Source: Epithemia pelagica
Taxonomy: Eukaryota > Protista > Bacillariophyta
Direction: 5' to 3'
Assembly: GCA_946965045.2 (NCBI GenBank)
Contig: OX337240.1
Coordinates: 2,108,001 to 2,172,000 of the forward strand
DNA length: 64,000 nt
In this document: positions 9,496-20,030 of the stretch, in pieces
How the letters are laid out: each line of letters begins with the position of its first letter
Position numbering within the stretch: position 1 is the stretch's first letter
Position numbers and translations under genes: made by a program
The notes under the pieces: generated by a model
Seen by the model: the letters and a program-made list of their open reading frames with translations, nothing else
Told to the model about the DNA's origin: nothing
The model's database searches: none

Positions 9496-12400
9496 TCATT
9501 TGATTACTCGTGCTCGGTGGCGCTCCCCATTCTCTTCAGTGTCACAAAGGAATGTGCGTCCAACTAAATCGTCGTAGTCAATTGTTGGCATAGGTGTGGA
9601 TGGGTCTTCACTTCTGCTGTGAATAAAGACAGTGTCACCTTGCTTGTCAGTGGGTTTATGCGGCGACTCCTCCCCTGAAGAGATATCCACACGAAGGTTG
9701 GGGGTAGTGGAGGCAACGCGACGGACAGCGGAACGGTAGATGATGACGTTGTCGGCAGTGAGGATCTTCCAAGTAAAGGCATCACCAACATTGTGGGCAA
9801 AACCAACCCAGTGGTTAATCTTCTCGTCGGGAGACGAAGGGTAAGAACCGGAGGTAGGTTCAGAAGGGTCGACACGATAGTAGACCTCATCCCAGAAAGG
9901 AAAGAAAAGGAGATGGGTAATGTCGGGTGGGGTACCGGTATGAGCCTCAAGAGGGGTGCGGCTAGAGTGGGTGGGAGAGGAAGTGTGATTGAGGAGGTCA
10001 CACACATATTCTAAACAAAGTAACCATGCAGAAGCAGGGCAACCAGAGGCATTCATGATAGCATTGGTCATACGCTTAACGGTCTGGTAGCGGTTCTCAG
10101 CTTTGTTCTGGTGTTGATGATAGGGCTCGGAACGGTATTCACCAATCAGAAGGGTGCGAAGAATATCCTTGACCTTGTGGGAAATAAGTGACGAACCACC
10201 ATCACTGATCAAAGTCTCCATGACACCACGTGTACGAATGTTATCCTGGAGGGTATTGACGAATTGCTTGGTAGACTTGATACCATAAATGTCAGTAACC
10301 AAAGTATCACGACCAACAAAAATCTGAGCAATCTTGCCACCATGGTTAACAGCCGGGGTGTCGGAGAAGATGGAGTCAGTGGCAGCGGGTTCATGCCGTC
10401 GTGGTAGGTTAAGGATAGGATTCCGGGCCTTAAAGTGTTTCTTCAAGGTATCCTGGTCAAAGGAAATGTGTCCATGACGAGTTGTATGCTTGAACGTAGC
10501 GGCGATTACGTCTTCCGATTGCCACCCAAAGAAAGGGCGAAATTTCTTCCAGTCGTATTGTTCCTTGTAGAGTTTGTGGACAGACGCATGAAGTGTGGGG
10601 TCATTGCCATCTTGATCAGCATAGATGGAAAAGAAGGAAGGTGTATCGGGGCCATGATCATATGGGAGATCAAGGAGGAGATTCAAAGTGCATACAACGC
10701 GATCGGTATACTCCCCATATTGGTCATAGGGGTACGTTTCCATACTACCATCAGTCTCCACAGATGTCCAGTTCGGTGCAGGGTCTTGATGGGGGTCTGG
10801 ATGGGTATGGTCAAGTACAGAAGGATCCCAGATATGGGGTGAAGTGAACACAATATGCGGATATTTATCCATATCGTCATCAGAAGGGATTCCCAGAGAT
10901 TGAATGTATGCAAGGCCATCCTTGATTCGTAAGGGCAATGCGCGTCCATCAAGGGTAGTAATGCGTTGTTTGCCATCAACCTTGACGGATCGTTCGTCGA
11001 CAGATAGGCCGAAATGTTCAAATTGCGCTGGGGCATGGATAGATAAACCCTTTCCATAGTGGGCATACTCATTGAAGATACCAATAATGGGTCCATCACT
11101 TGTATCAAACTTGGCAGCACAGGTAACAACTGGAAGGCCAGTCAATTCATGATTGTCAATACCTACGATGGTAATATGACGTCCGGTTTTGGCAAGGATA
11201 CGCATGTCAGATCCTGCAAGGCCTCCATTGGCACCTCGATCGATGAGTTGATTACCAGAAAAGGTGGATTTGCGGGAGAATAGATATTGTGACATATGAA
11301 CCTTTTGCTTGTGATCGGCAGAAGACTTGAACTTGACTTTAGGACTTGACTTTGTCGTAGAAGTTGACAAGATGTTGCTGAGGTCAGATGCTGGATGATT
11401 GATATCTGTCGATGCAATAGCCTGGTGTACGAACTGGGTAACCGGATCAGAGGATGTATCGAATGGATCTTGTTCTGGTGCATCCTGATGGGTATCACCA
11501 ATGTTGTTGGCATCAGGATCAGGGTCCGGTTCAGGATCAATGTCAAGAGAATGTGTTTGGACCTTGCGTGGAGTTGTCGGGGAATCTTGGACGGATTTAT
11601 TGAAGTCGACAATGATTTGCCGATCCTCTTCAGAGAGTTTAAACCATACATCTCTTGGAAGGCTGATTTTCGACGAAGTTGGGGACTTTTCGGATTGGAT
11701 ATTCGTGTTGTTGATCTGGTAGTCAGGGGGCTCCACTGGTTCAAAAGGTTCATCCAACTGAAATTCATGTTGCTTTACATGACGACGGCGGTTAGACGCA
11801 GAAGTTCGGGTAGCTTGGTCATGGTCAAAAGCAGCATCAAGAAGCAGGCGGAAATATGATTGATAACAGAGTGACTTGGCTCCAGATTTTGTGTTGACAA
11901 CGTTATCCAAGATCTTGACTCGTCTTAAATCAGGTACCTTTTCAACAGCTTGCATAAGGAAGGTCATCCTTGTATGGTCATGGATACGATCCGACAGTGG
12001 TACAAGGTTATCCAGAAGTCGTAGCTGTTCTTGAAAATGTAGGAGAAACTGACGAGTTGTACCACGCCAAGAGTCATCCAGTCGAAGATTCGAAATGTAG
12101 CTTGTTAGGCGTAACACTTCTCGCTTAGCTAGATCAGATTCAGTGTGTAGAACATGGAGTTTCTTCAAGACGGCTCTTGCATCTTCATCATGTTCATGTT
12201 CTCGAACATATGCTCTTCCTTGGTCGGTTTGGATAATACGTACAAGTACAGAATAGACAAAGACTTGTTGTTCTCGGAAAAGTAACTCTGCGCATTCGTC
12301 ATCCTTGGGTACCTTGTAATCGAAATCAAGAACATTCGACAATCCTTGTGCTTTCGCAGTTGATTTGAATACACGCCAAAACGAATCAAAGTATCGTTCG

Positions 12401-12972
12401 TCTTTGAATGATTCAAATGCTGTTGCATCTCTTTTGGTTCCTTTCTTGAAAGCAGAGAGATCTAACATGGATTGAGATGTTGTAGAGGATGTAGTGGGAG
12501 ATCGGGATGATACGGAGTGTGCAGGTGATTTCAGAGGAGAAACTGGGTCTTGGTTCATACCAGACTTGGTAAAGTCGGTGTTGATCCTCCAATCGTCATA
12601 TTGGTCCCTCGTGAGGTTCATCCATGTAGCACGGGGCAGTTTTCCATGTTGGAGTTGCCGTTGTTGTAGTAACCAATATGCCATTAGTTTGAGTTGTAAC
12701 CTTGTACTTGTCTGTAGGTCGTTGACTTGTTTTCCAACCTTGTATTGCATGAGATCCTTGAGTGTCTCCTCGGGATCAGTTGCAACATGGTCGAGGACAT
12801 GAAGGATATGTTCAAAACCATGATGTCGCATCCACTTTTGAAGTGATTGGGCTCGTTCATCATTACAACCAAAGATGCCTTTAGTTATATGGTCGAAGAG
12901 ATCTTGGTTGGTTAAATGACTTGACTTGTCCTCAGGAGGAGTAAACGGTGTCTTGGGTGATTGAGGATCCAT
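9496..12972 (-). CDS. gag-pol: Copia gag-protease-integrase (1158 aa), same frame as the RT ORF
   Basis: CoDi gag KKGTKRDATAF..FKD, protease LIDRGANGG, integrase TDSIFSD...LISDGG...EPYHQHQNKAE; ends at TGA, 28 codons upstream of and in frame with the RT ORF. Confidence 0.95.
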   Translation of the reverse strand: MDPQSPKTPFTPPEDKSSHLTNQDLFDHITKGIFGCNDERAQSLQKWMRHHGFEHILHVLDHVATDPEETLKDLMQYKVGKQVNDLQTSTRLQLKLMAYWLLQQRQLQHGKLPRATWMNLTRDQYDDWRINTDFTKSGMNQDPVSPLKSPAHSVSSRSPTTSSTTSQSMLDLSAFKKGTKRDATAFESFKDERYFDSFWRVFKSTAKAQGLSNVLDFDYKVPKDDECAELLFREQQVFVYSVLVRIIQTDQGRAYVREHEHDEDARAVLKKLHVLHTESDLAKREVLRLTSYISNLRLDDSWRGTTRQFLLHFQEQLRLLDNLVPLSDRIHDHTRMTFLMQAVEKVPDLRRVKILDNVVNTKSGAKSLCYQSYFRLLLDAAFDHDQATRTSASNRRRHVKQHEFQLDEPFEPVEPPDYQINNTNIQSEKSPTSSKISLPRDVWFKLSEEDRQIIVDFNKSVQDSPTTPRKVQTHSLDIDPEPDPDPDANNIGDTHQDAPEQDPFDTSSDPVTQFVHQAIASTDINHPASDLSNILSTSTTKSSPKVKFKSSADHKQKVHMSQYLFSRKSTFSGNQLIDRGANGGLAGSDMRILAKTGRHITIVGIDNHELTGLPVVTCAAKFDTSDGPIIGIFNEYAHYGKGLSIHAPAQFEHFGLSVDERSVKVDGKQRITTLDGRALPLRIKDGLAYIQSLGIPSDDDMDKYPHIVFTSPHIWDPSVLDHTHPDPHQDPAPNWTSVETDGSMETYPYDQYGEYTDRVVCTLNLLLDLPYDHGPDTPSFFSIYADQDGNDPTLHASVHKLYKEQYDWKKFRPFFGWQSEDVIAATFKHTTRHGHISFDQDTLKKHFKARNPILNLPRRHEPAATDSIFSDTPAVNHGGKIAQIFVGRDTLVTDIYGIKSTKQFVNTLQDNIRTRGVMETLISDGGSSLISHKVKDILRTLLIGEYRSEPYHQHQNKAENRYQTVKRMTNAIMNASGCPASAWLLCLEYVCDLLNHTSSPTHSSRTPLEAHTGTPPDITHLLFFPFWDEVYYRVDPSEPTSGSYPSSPDEKINHWVGFAHNVGDAFTWKILTADNVIIYRSAVRRVASTTPNLRVDISSGEESPHKPTDKQGDTVFIHSRSEDPSTPMPTIDYDDLVGRTFLCDTEENGERHRARVIK

Positions 12973-13286
12973 GGTGTTATTTGGTTGGTTCGATGTTTAT
13001 TTAATGTGCGGTGTGATGTGGTTTATTTAATGTGTGATGTGATGGGAACCCGGATGTACCACGTGTGCCACGTATGTACCACGTATGTGATACCCGGATG
13101 TGTGTTGTGATGTGCGACTCCTGGAAATTTCCGTTGATTCCGACAAATTTTCGCCGAGTTTCAACAAATTTTCGCCGAATTTTCGCGATTTGACGGGAAT
13201 GTGTGGCGTGTTGTGCGACCAAGGGTACCCGGATGTGCGGAACTCGGTTTTGTGTCTGGTTTGGTGTAGAAACTACGTAAAGTTAC

Positions 13287-14042
13287 TTATTCTTGGTCAC
13301 TTTCGGCTCGGGACTGAAGACGAGATGCGGAATCGGTCACTGTAGTGGCTAGTTCTTCAACGTCGTCGTCTTCCAACAAGTGGTTCACGTGTTGAGTGAA
13401 GAGAGGGTAGATAGTCGCACGGAAATCCTGGCAGAGATGGATCTCGTGAACAAAGGAGACGTACTCGTCGAGACGAGTAGTCGGGGTAGGTAGCGGATTC
13501 GTCGTCGAGTTGACGATCCAGATGGTGTGGAAGTAGTTGGTTGGACGTTCAAAGGAGATGAATCGAATACGGATGGGTTCCACAGGGTTGCCCAACAGGG
13601 CTTGGACAATGAAACGGCGTCTCGAGCACTGGTACAAGAGGTCTAGAAGTCGTTGGATGTCCTCAAGGTCAGTCACGGGTTGGACGGACTGGAAATCGAT
13701 CTCGCGTTCGGTTGTGGAACGGATCACGTCGGGGTCGGTAGTCGACTCAGTCGGCTCGCGGAAGTGTCGGATATGCGCAGTAAGAAGACGGCTCGTACGT
13801 CGGGTGCGAGTAGGGTTCAGACGGCGAGGCGGAGTCGAAGGGTGAGTCGGAATCGAAGGAGGCTGGACCACTTGGTCCGGGGTCTGGAAGGGATTCGGAG
13901 CACTGGCCTGAGTCGGGGTCTGTTTCGGAGTTTCAATCAAGGGCTCGCCCGGATAGGACACGGGTGGATGGAGTTCCTCCCCGCTTTGTTGGAAGGAATG
14001 AAAGATGTGTCGAATAGAGAGGTTGGAATCGTCGTGAGACAT
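13287..14042 (-). CDS. Extra sense ORF upstream of gag (251 aa from ATG, 271 aa from TTG at 14102), unknown function
   Basis: Uninterrupted ORF between PBS and gag; Pro/Thr-rich N-half with basic RRLNPTRTRRTSR patch, globular-looking C-half; intact in both copies. Confidence 0.65.
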   Translation of the reverse strand: MSHDDSNLSIRHIFHSFQQSGEELHPPVSYPGEPLIETPKQTPTQASAPNPFQTPDQVVQPPSIPTHPSTPPRRLNPTRTRRTSRLLTAHIRHFREPTESTTDPDVIRSTTEREIDFQSVQPVTDLEDIQRLLDLLYQCSRRRFIVQALLGNPVEPIRIRFISFERPTNYFHTIWIVNSTTNPLPTPTTRLDEYVSFVHEIHLCQDFRATIYPLFTQHVNHLLEDDDVEELATTVTDSASRLQSRAESDQE

Positions 14043-14225
14043 CGAAAGCTTCTCGGAAATAAACGATGAGACTGTTAATCTGATAAACTTCTCTCGATTC
14101 AACAGGGGTTAGACAGATAGGTACGATAGGTAAAAGGCTCGCTGAGCCGACAATCGAATCACCAACCGATACAACAATCCTCCACGGGTCAGAGAAGAGT
14201 TGCAAGTCGAAGTCCGCCGTGGGTG

Positions 14226-14240
14226 GGGGCAGTCGGTCCA
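14226..14240 (-). promoter_or_regulatory. Primer binding site-like motif TGGACCGACTGCCCC
   Basis: Starts with TGG one nt after the LTR end ...TTATCA; cognate tRNA not identified. Confidence 0.55.
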
Positions 14241-14241
14241 C

Positions 14242-14838
14242 TGATAAGAGGTAAGTCTTAAGATGAGTGTTAAAATGGTGATATTAATGATTGTGAGACG
14301 ATTACTAACTAAGGTGGTTGATGGTGCCGAAGTCCTGGCTCTTGCATACGGCCATGGATCTGGTGTGATAGGTCCTCACTGGTTGGAGTAGACCGGCATT
14401 GGTGTATATTGAATGTATAGGGTGATGGATAACATGTATGGGATGCAACAGCTCTTGCTTTGTCGTGGTATAAGTCTTGTCCTGGGCGCGTTGCTGTTTG
14501 CATTCTTGGATTTGTGGGAACAGAGATATGGTCTCGCGTGATCGTGATTCGTGCTTTGATTACATAGACCGTTAGGTCGAATCGTGGATGCGCGTACTCG
14601 GATAGTAGAGGCGCGCACTTGATAGTTTTGGGCGCGCACGTGTTGGGCCATAGTTAATATCCGAGCGGTCGCCGATAACGCGTGCACTGCGAGCATGCCG
14701 TGGCCAAATTTATAGTTTCGCGAGCATGCCGACATTCTTTTCTCACTTTTAGGAAAATGTCATCGGATGCCATAAAATACTAGCATCATTCGATGAGTTG
14801 TAGGTTTCGCCACCTAGTTTTCGGTGAGAATCCTAACA
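14242..14838 (-). repeat. LTR B (5' LTR of copy 1)
   Basis: 597-bp match to LTR A at offset 7542; right flank GGGTT. Confidence 0.9.
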
Positions 14839-14842
14839 GGGT

Positions 14843-15740
14843 TTGGAGGGTGCCAATCTGAGTGGACCCGTTGATGAAGTGGCAGGAGGATCCTCGGCTG
14901 TATTAGAACTGTTCCATTGTTCCGTGGCACATGGAAAAGCTTTTTTAGACATTTTACTTGGTTCCAAGGGTGTTCCTCGTATCACATGTTGGACACCTTG
15001 CTCAATGTCTTTGGCATGTCTTTTTCACATGTCTTCGTTGTCACTGGTTGAATCTCCATTAAATATCCACAGAGTTTCTTTCCAGTAGTTGGTGCACCGC
15101 CCACACTGCTTTTCTGTATAATATTCCAAACAACGACAGAGGTTCGTCTTCATACACCCCTCTTTACTCAACCATATCTTCAATCCATGCATTGTAAAAC
15201 AGTCAGTAATACAGTCAAGTATTTCCTGATTCGTCAGCAAACCAATTCCTCTTGGATAGTCCAAACGTCTCTTAGTGTTTACCCGGAAGTCTTGAAACGG
15301 GTTTAGAATATGGACAGAAGAATCATTTCCACGTTGTGACAGCCTTAGTCTTCCGCTGGACTGCACAACATTTGAGCACTCATACAGCACGCCAATGATC
15401 ATGATTGTTCTCCATCTTGGATTCTTGTCCTGCATTTTCTCCTTTCACTTCGCCAATCGAGTGAATATCACCTCATCTGGTTTGGGTGCGTCAGTAAAGA
15501 GGCTCATCTCCGGGGGGAAAAGATTTCCATCGATACTTCTTGTACCATCTTTACTTTGATTGTTATTTGTTTTTTCTACAATACCATCCAGTTGCAATTC
15601 ACAGCAATGTCCAACGAAGTCTTTTGGATGTTTACCAGATGATAAATAATCAACTGCAGAACTGTGCCATTCTTCATCTTGACTTCTTTCTTTCTCCATC
15701 AGCTTCACCACTTTCAACAAGCAGCTTTTGCAAATGCCAT
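14843..15740 (-). pseudogene. Stop-interrupted reading frame of unknown family, cut by the LTR element (copy at 29356-30253)
   Basis: ORFs 15445-15720 and 15025-15435 share one frame separated by a single TGA; frame continues toward the LTR boundary. Confidence 0.4.
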
Positions 15741-16112
15741 TTCCTTACAAGCACGAGATAATTCATGAAAACTGGTGGTCTGAGACGTCATAATATCGAC
15801 AATTCCGTTAAAGCGTGATGTCAATGCTGATGGTACAACAGCACCAATCCTTTCAATTCGCATTACTGATCTTTGGAAATGAACATTATAGCTCCTTAAA
15901 TAGAAATATATTTAATGTTTTTCAACATTTGAGTTAAAGTCTTTGTTGCATGATCCAATAGGACTTCTTGAAACGAGAACCGAAGAGCATCAAACCAATC
16001 TATCGAGACTCCAGGAAATACTGCAGAAAAGCTATCCCAGTCACGATTAATCTCCTCTCCATAACTCAAATCAGCTTTGCCAGTGAGATGTGATTTGTAA
16101 AGATCTGCGTTT

Positions 16113-16297
16113 GAATGAGAAGAATGGCATCGTGTCGATCTGGAATGAAAAATGTAAGATATGTGTCTTGAAGCTTATCTGATGGATTATCTTGTGAGCT
16201 ATGTTGACTTGTGTTTCGAATGAGAAGAATGGCATCATTTCCATCTGGAATGAGAAATGTAAGATATGTGTCATGAAGCTTATCTGATGGATTATTT
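16113..16297. repeat. 105-bp imperfect tandem duplication (copy at 30626-30810)
   Basis: GAATGAGAAGAATGGCATC...AAGCTTATCTGATGGATTAT at 16113 and 16218. Confidence 0.85.
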
Positions 16298-17089
16298 GTG
16301 TACAGCTGATGTATTTCTTTGGACTGTTTCATTTCATGAATCTGCTGACGGATGTTTTTATCGAAAGTGTGAGTCATAAGAGAAAGGACTGAGTCCACCG
16401 GACAAGGCCTTGTATTACCAACGGAGGCCCAAGCGCTGGATCACGGCACACTGACCCAACGAAATAGTACAAGCATTATTGAACGGATCGAAAACTTCAG
16501 CAACAATGTCGCGAAACCTGCTCTTAGATTCGGGAGAGGTGATGTCGTCCTTATTCCCAGACCGTTTATTGTTCATGTCTTTGATACACTGGGAAATCAT
16601 GAACACTTCTGGGGACACAAAGTGGTTTTCGATATTATAAGTGCTATCCATTGGCAGGAGGACTTGAAGAGCTGACGAACTACAATGGACTTCCCCGTGC
16701 ATATCTGGTGGCAAAGAAACAAAATACTCGTGCCAGGAAGAGAAGTGTTGTTGTAGTAGACAGTAAACCATGAAAAATCGAGCTACCAATCGGCCGAAGT
16801 TTGTTGAGGTTGTCCATGTCTTTATCGAGGGCAAAAAATGAATGGATTAGAAGAAGGGTCGGATTGGTGGTGGTAGTTGGTTATTGACGATGAGGTTGAA
16901 AAGGGTTTTGAGGTTTTGGAAGTACGGTCGGTCGGAGGATGGGTCAATGGAGGCGGAGAAGGGTCCTAAGGCTGTGCCTTGGCTCAGTCTGTGAAGGCCT
17001 TTTTTGAACATGCTGTCTGGAAGGGATGATTGGTGCTTTGGTGTATAGTTGTTGCTGAGATCCTCTTCTTCTCTCTTCTCTCTTGAACA

Positions 17090-17410
17090 ATTAGATTCAA
17101 ACAACACCAAAGAAAAATCCAATCCACTCTTCAATAGATTGAACACAACCACCGAAGAAAAAATCCCATCCCCTCCTCTATAGATTCAAACAACACCGAA
17201 GAAAAATCCAATCGACTCTTCAATAGATTGAACACAACCACCGAAGGAAAAATCCCATCCCCTCCTGAAAAGATTCAACACAACGACTGAAGGAAAAATC
17301 CAATCAGTAACTGCCAGAACTCTTGTTGCTGAGATCCTCTTTGTCTCTCTTCTCTTTCTCTCTTCAACAAGCCACCGAATAGATTCAACACAACCACCGA
17401 AGGAAAAAAG
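17090..17410. repeat. Degenerate minisatellite (copy at about 31603-31923)
   Basis: Recurring AGATT(C/G)AACACAACCACCGAAG(G/A)AAAAATCC units. Confidence 0.8.
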
Positions 17411-18489
17411 ATTAGGAGGAATGGGAAGATAGTGAAGAGCCACACATGGTTCATGGTGAAGAAACACGCACAGTTCTTAATCAATCATCCATCCTTCAGA
17501 TGACTGTTTCAGATTCATCTTTGAATAATGCTGAAGATAAAAATATAAAGATGAATGAAGCTGTGGACTATGGTGAACTTGATGTCGGTGTTGCCTTTGA
17601 AGGAGGACATGGACAATGTCTGTGGCAGTTGGAGGACTTGGCAATGCCATGTATAGGTCTTTTTCTTCAGCATTATTGTTGTCTTCATGAGCTGTATCTA
17701 GTATATTTGTGAGAAGGAATGGGTTGAACCGATCTGAACTGTGATATGGAAGGCTGCAGAGTTGATCAGTCACAAATTTATAATTTCCTCGTAACTGAAT
17801 ATTTTTGAAGGACAGTGTTGGAGGAACAAAGTCTTCTTGAATGTCTATTCCTTGAGTTGAGTCTTGAATGGGTTGGAGATATTTTTGAATTTAAAACCAA
17901 CCGCTGAGTGGGTTAGGTTATTTGAGAACTTTGCACCATTCATGGGCACGGCAATGCTTATGTTGTTAAGACATTACCAACTTTGTGCATATGCACTAGT
18001 ACATCTGGCCCACGGAAAGCAAACCCTTTGGCACCGTCCATCTTGTTGTCGACAGTCCGGAGAATCTTGAGCCATTCCTTCATCACAACCAAACTCAACA
18101 AAGCATCAGCCAACCTCGCCCGCATCACGCTTCTCCCACCTGCCCAGTCCAGGACCATCATTTCCCACCTCCTGTGGGTCGATCTCCACTCAACACACCC
18201 ATCAACTACTCCGTTAACCCAATTCTGATCCTCCCCCGTCACCAACCAACTAGACCATTTGCAATCAACTTTCCTCCAATGCACAACACTGCAACCCCTC
18301 CCCCTCCCATCCCACGCACTACTCATCACTACCCTCCCAGAATTGTCCTTCCTTCCCTTATCACCACTATCACTCGCTCTCTGTGCCTTGCCACCCCTTC
18401 AAATAACACCAACCCCACCCCGGTGCGATTAGGGGGCCTCAACCCACACAGCCGAATTGATCTTAGAAGGAGATTGACAGAGACCTGAG

Positions 18490-18960
18490 CTTGACGATAT
18501 GCAACAGTCTCTTATCAACCACATGAAAGCTTGTTTTACATAAGATGCAATACCTTACCGAAGAATGGATTGCGAGATCAAAACCTGGCCAGAGTCCACT
18601 TCAACCTCCCCATCCGGCTTTCATCTCGGCCACAGCAACGCATTAGTATCACCCCATGATTTGGATGCCACAACAAATGAGTCGACGGCAAAGATCTTGA
18701 AGCAAAACGAGAACAACTCATCGACTGGTAATTAGGACTGATTAGCTGTGCTCTTATCAACATGTATTCGTACAACGGATGGAAGCACATAGTCAATGTC
18801 ATGATTTTGAAGGACCCAAACAATCTACGGATACACAGACTACGAGTAATCCACTTGTACGAACAAGACTATAATCTTGTACTGGTGACCAAGTAGCGCC
18901 AGACGATTCAATTTAACACCAATCAACGCCCTTTGCATCCAATGCAAAGACTTTCCCCGA
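18490..18960 (+). pseudogene. Non-LTR retrotransposon (diatom LINE, Ambal-like) RT N-terminal fragment (copy at about 33003-33473)
   Basis: Manual translation KTWPESTSTSPSGFHLGH then, after a frameshift, WKHIVNVMILKDPNNLRIHRLRVIHLYEQDYNLVLVTK*RQ. Confidence 0.75.
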
Positions 18961-19289
18961 CTCTTTCTGGGACACTTTCTCGTCGTCCGGTCCCAAAGAC
19001 GACAACAGCAATGTTTCGATTGCTGTTTCAGAGGGAGAAGGTGAAGCCACCACCATTGCCAATACCACCCAAAATCAGTCCCTCCTCAGCAACACTGCCG
19101 ACACTGCCGACATGCTGTTGGATCATCGACCGGTTGATTGTTGCCATGAAGCAGCAAATTTGGATAATGGAAGCTCCACAACCACAGAACCACCTCCACT
19201 TATTCCTCATTATCAAAATGACGACGAAGACTCAGACCTTGCCTCTCTGTTCCGAAATGTCGACTCAGACGAATCCAACGAACCTGCTC

Positions 19290-20030
19290 AAGTGTAGCAT
19301 ATCAATATGAATACTCCACCTGCCTTTCTCGGTTGTATCCTTGTGCGTGGTAACATGTCGAACTCCAGGGATGTTGTTGATGCGAGCACACATGCCATAC
19401 CAAAGCATTACGGAGGAGAGCCCTTCAATTGGTACAATTCTGCATTTCTTGAGGTACACATTCTGACGTAGAATAGCGCGTCGGTAGGTATCTGGGTTAG
19501 AACGACGAACTCGGTGACACATGAAAGAAGGATTTTCACTGCATGTTGTAGAAAGCAACTCTATCATTTCTCGAGCATCCTGCTGATTTTCGTTGCAAAA
19601 TGGTTTCCGTCGTCATCCACAAGAAAAGGAGACGAAAAGTCACAGCAAAACTTGGGGATCTTCTTCATAGAGATACCAGTTGCTTCAAAGATCTTCTTTC
19701 TAACCCATTCTCACATCTCTTCATTCAGAATGTTGCTCGGGTGGTAACCAACGAAGAATCCGATGTTAGAAATACAAATCTCGTCTTCATTCCATCCATG
19801 CACCGGTACTTTTGGCCCTCATCCTTGTCGGCCTCCTGGATGGGGTCCAACCAGAAGTCGGCTGGCTCCAGATGCTCCTCGCGTTTTTTGGAGCGGGATT
19901 CGGATTTCGTCTGATCAGACATAGTCTCTGCACTGATTTTGGTGGTACTTGGAGTTGCTCTGCTTGCACTCGGAGCCCGTTTGCTTGTCACAGTCGACCG
20001 AGGTTTGCGGTCACGCACCATGGTCAATGA
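19290..20030 (-). pseudogene. Probable LINE ORF1-like fragment (copy at about 33803-34543)
   Basis: RVRRSNPDTYRRAILRQNVYLKKCRIVPIEGLS...HKDTTEKGRWSI resembles a diatom multicopy family recalled as LINE ORF1; frameshifted. Confidence 0.45.

Larger units (their letters stand above)
6700..14838 (-). mobile_element. CoDi-like Ty1/Copia LTR retrotransposon, copy 1
   Basis: Two 597-bp LTRs, PPT, PBS-like site, domain order gag-PR-IN-RT-RH; no TSD found. Confidence 0.97.

Noticed and set aside
9564-12872. Short overlapping ORFs on both strands within gag-pol (and its copy)
   Set aside because: Shadow frames of a long coding sequence
13287-14102. Extra ORF as an env-like gene
   Set aside because: It lies 5' of gag and shows no signal peptide or transmembrane stretch
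14309-14735. 64-aa and 119-aa ORFs inside the LTR (all four copies)
   Set aside because: Recurrence is explained by LTR identity, and VRASTIR repeats reflect U3 DNA repeats
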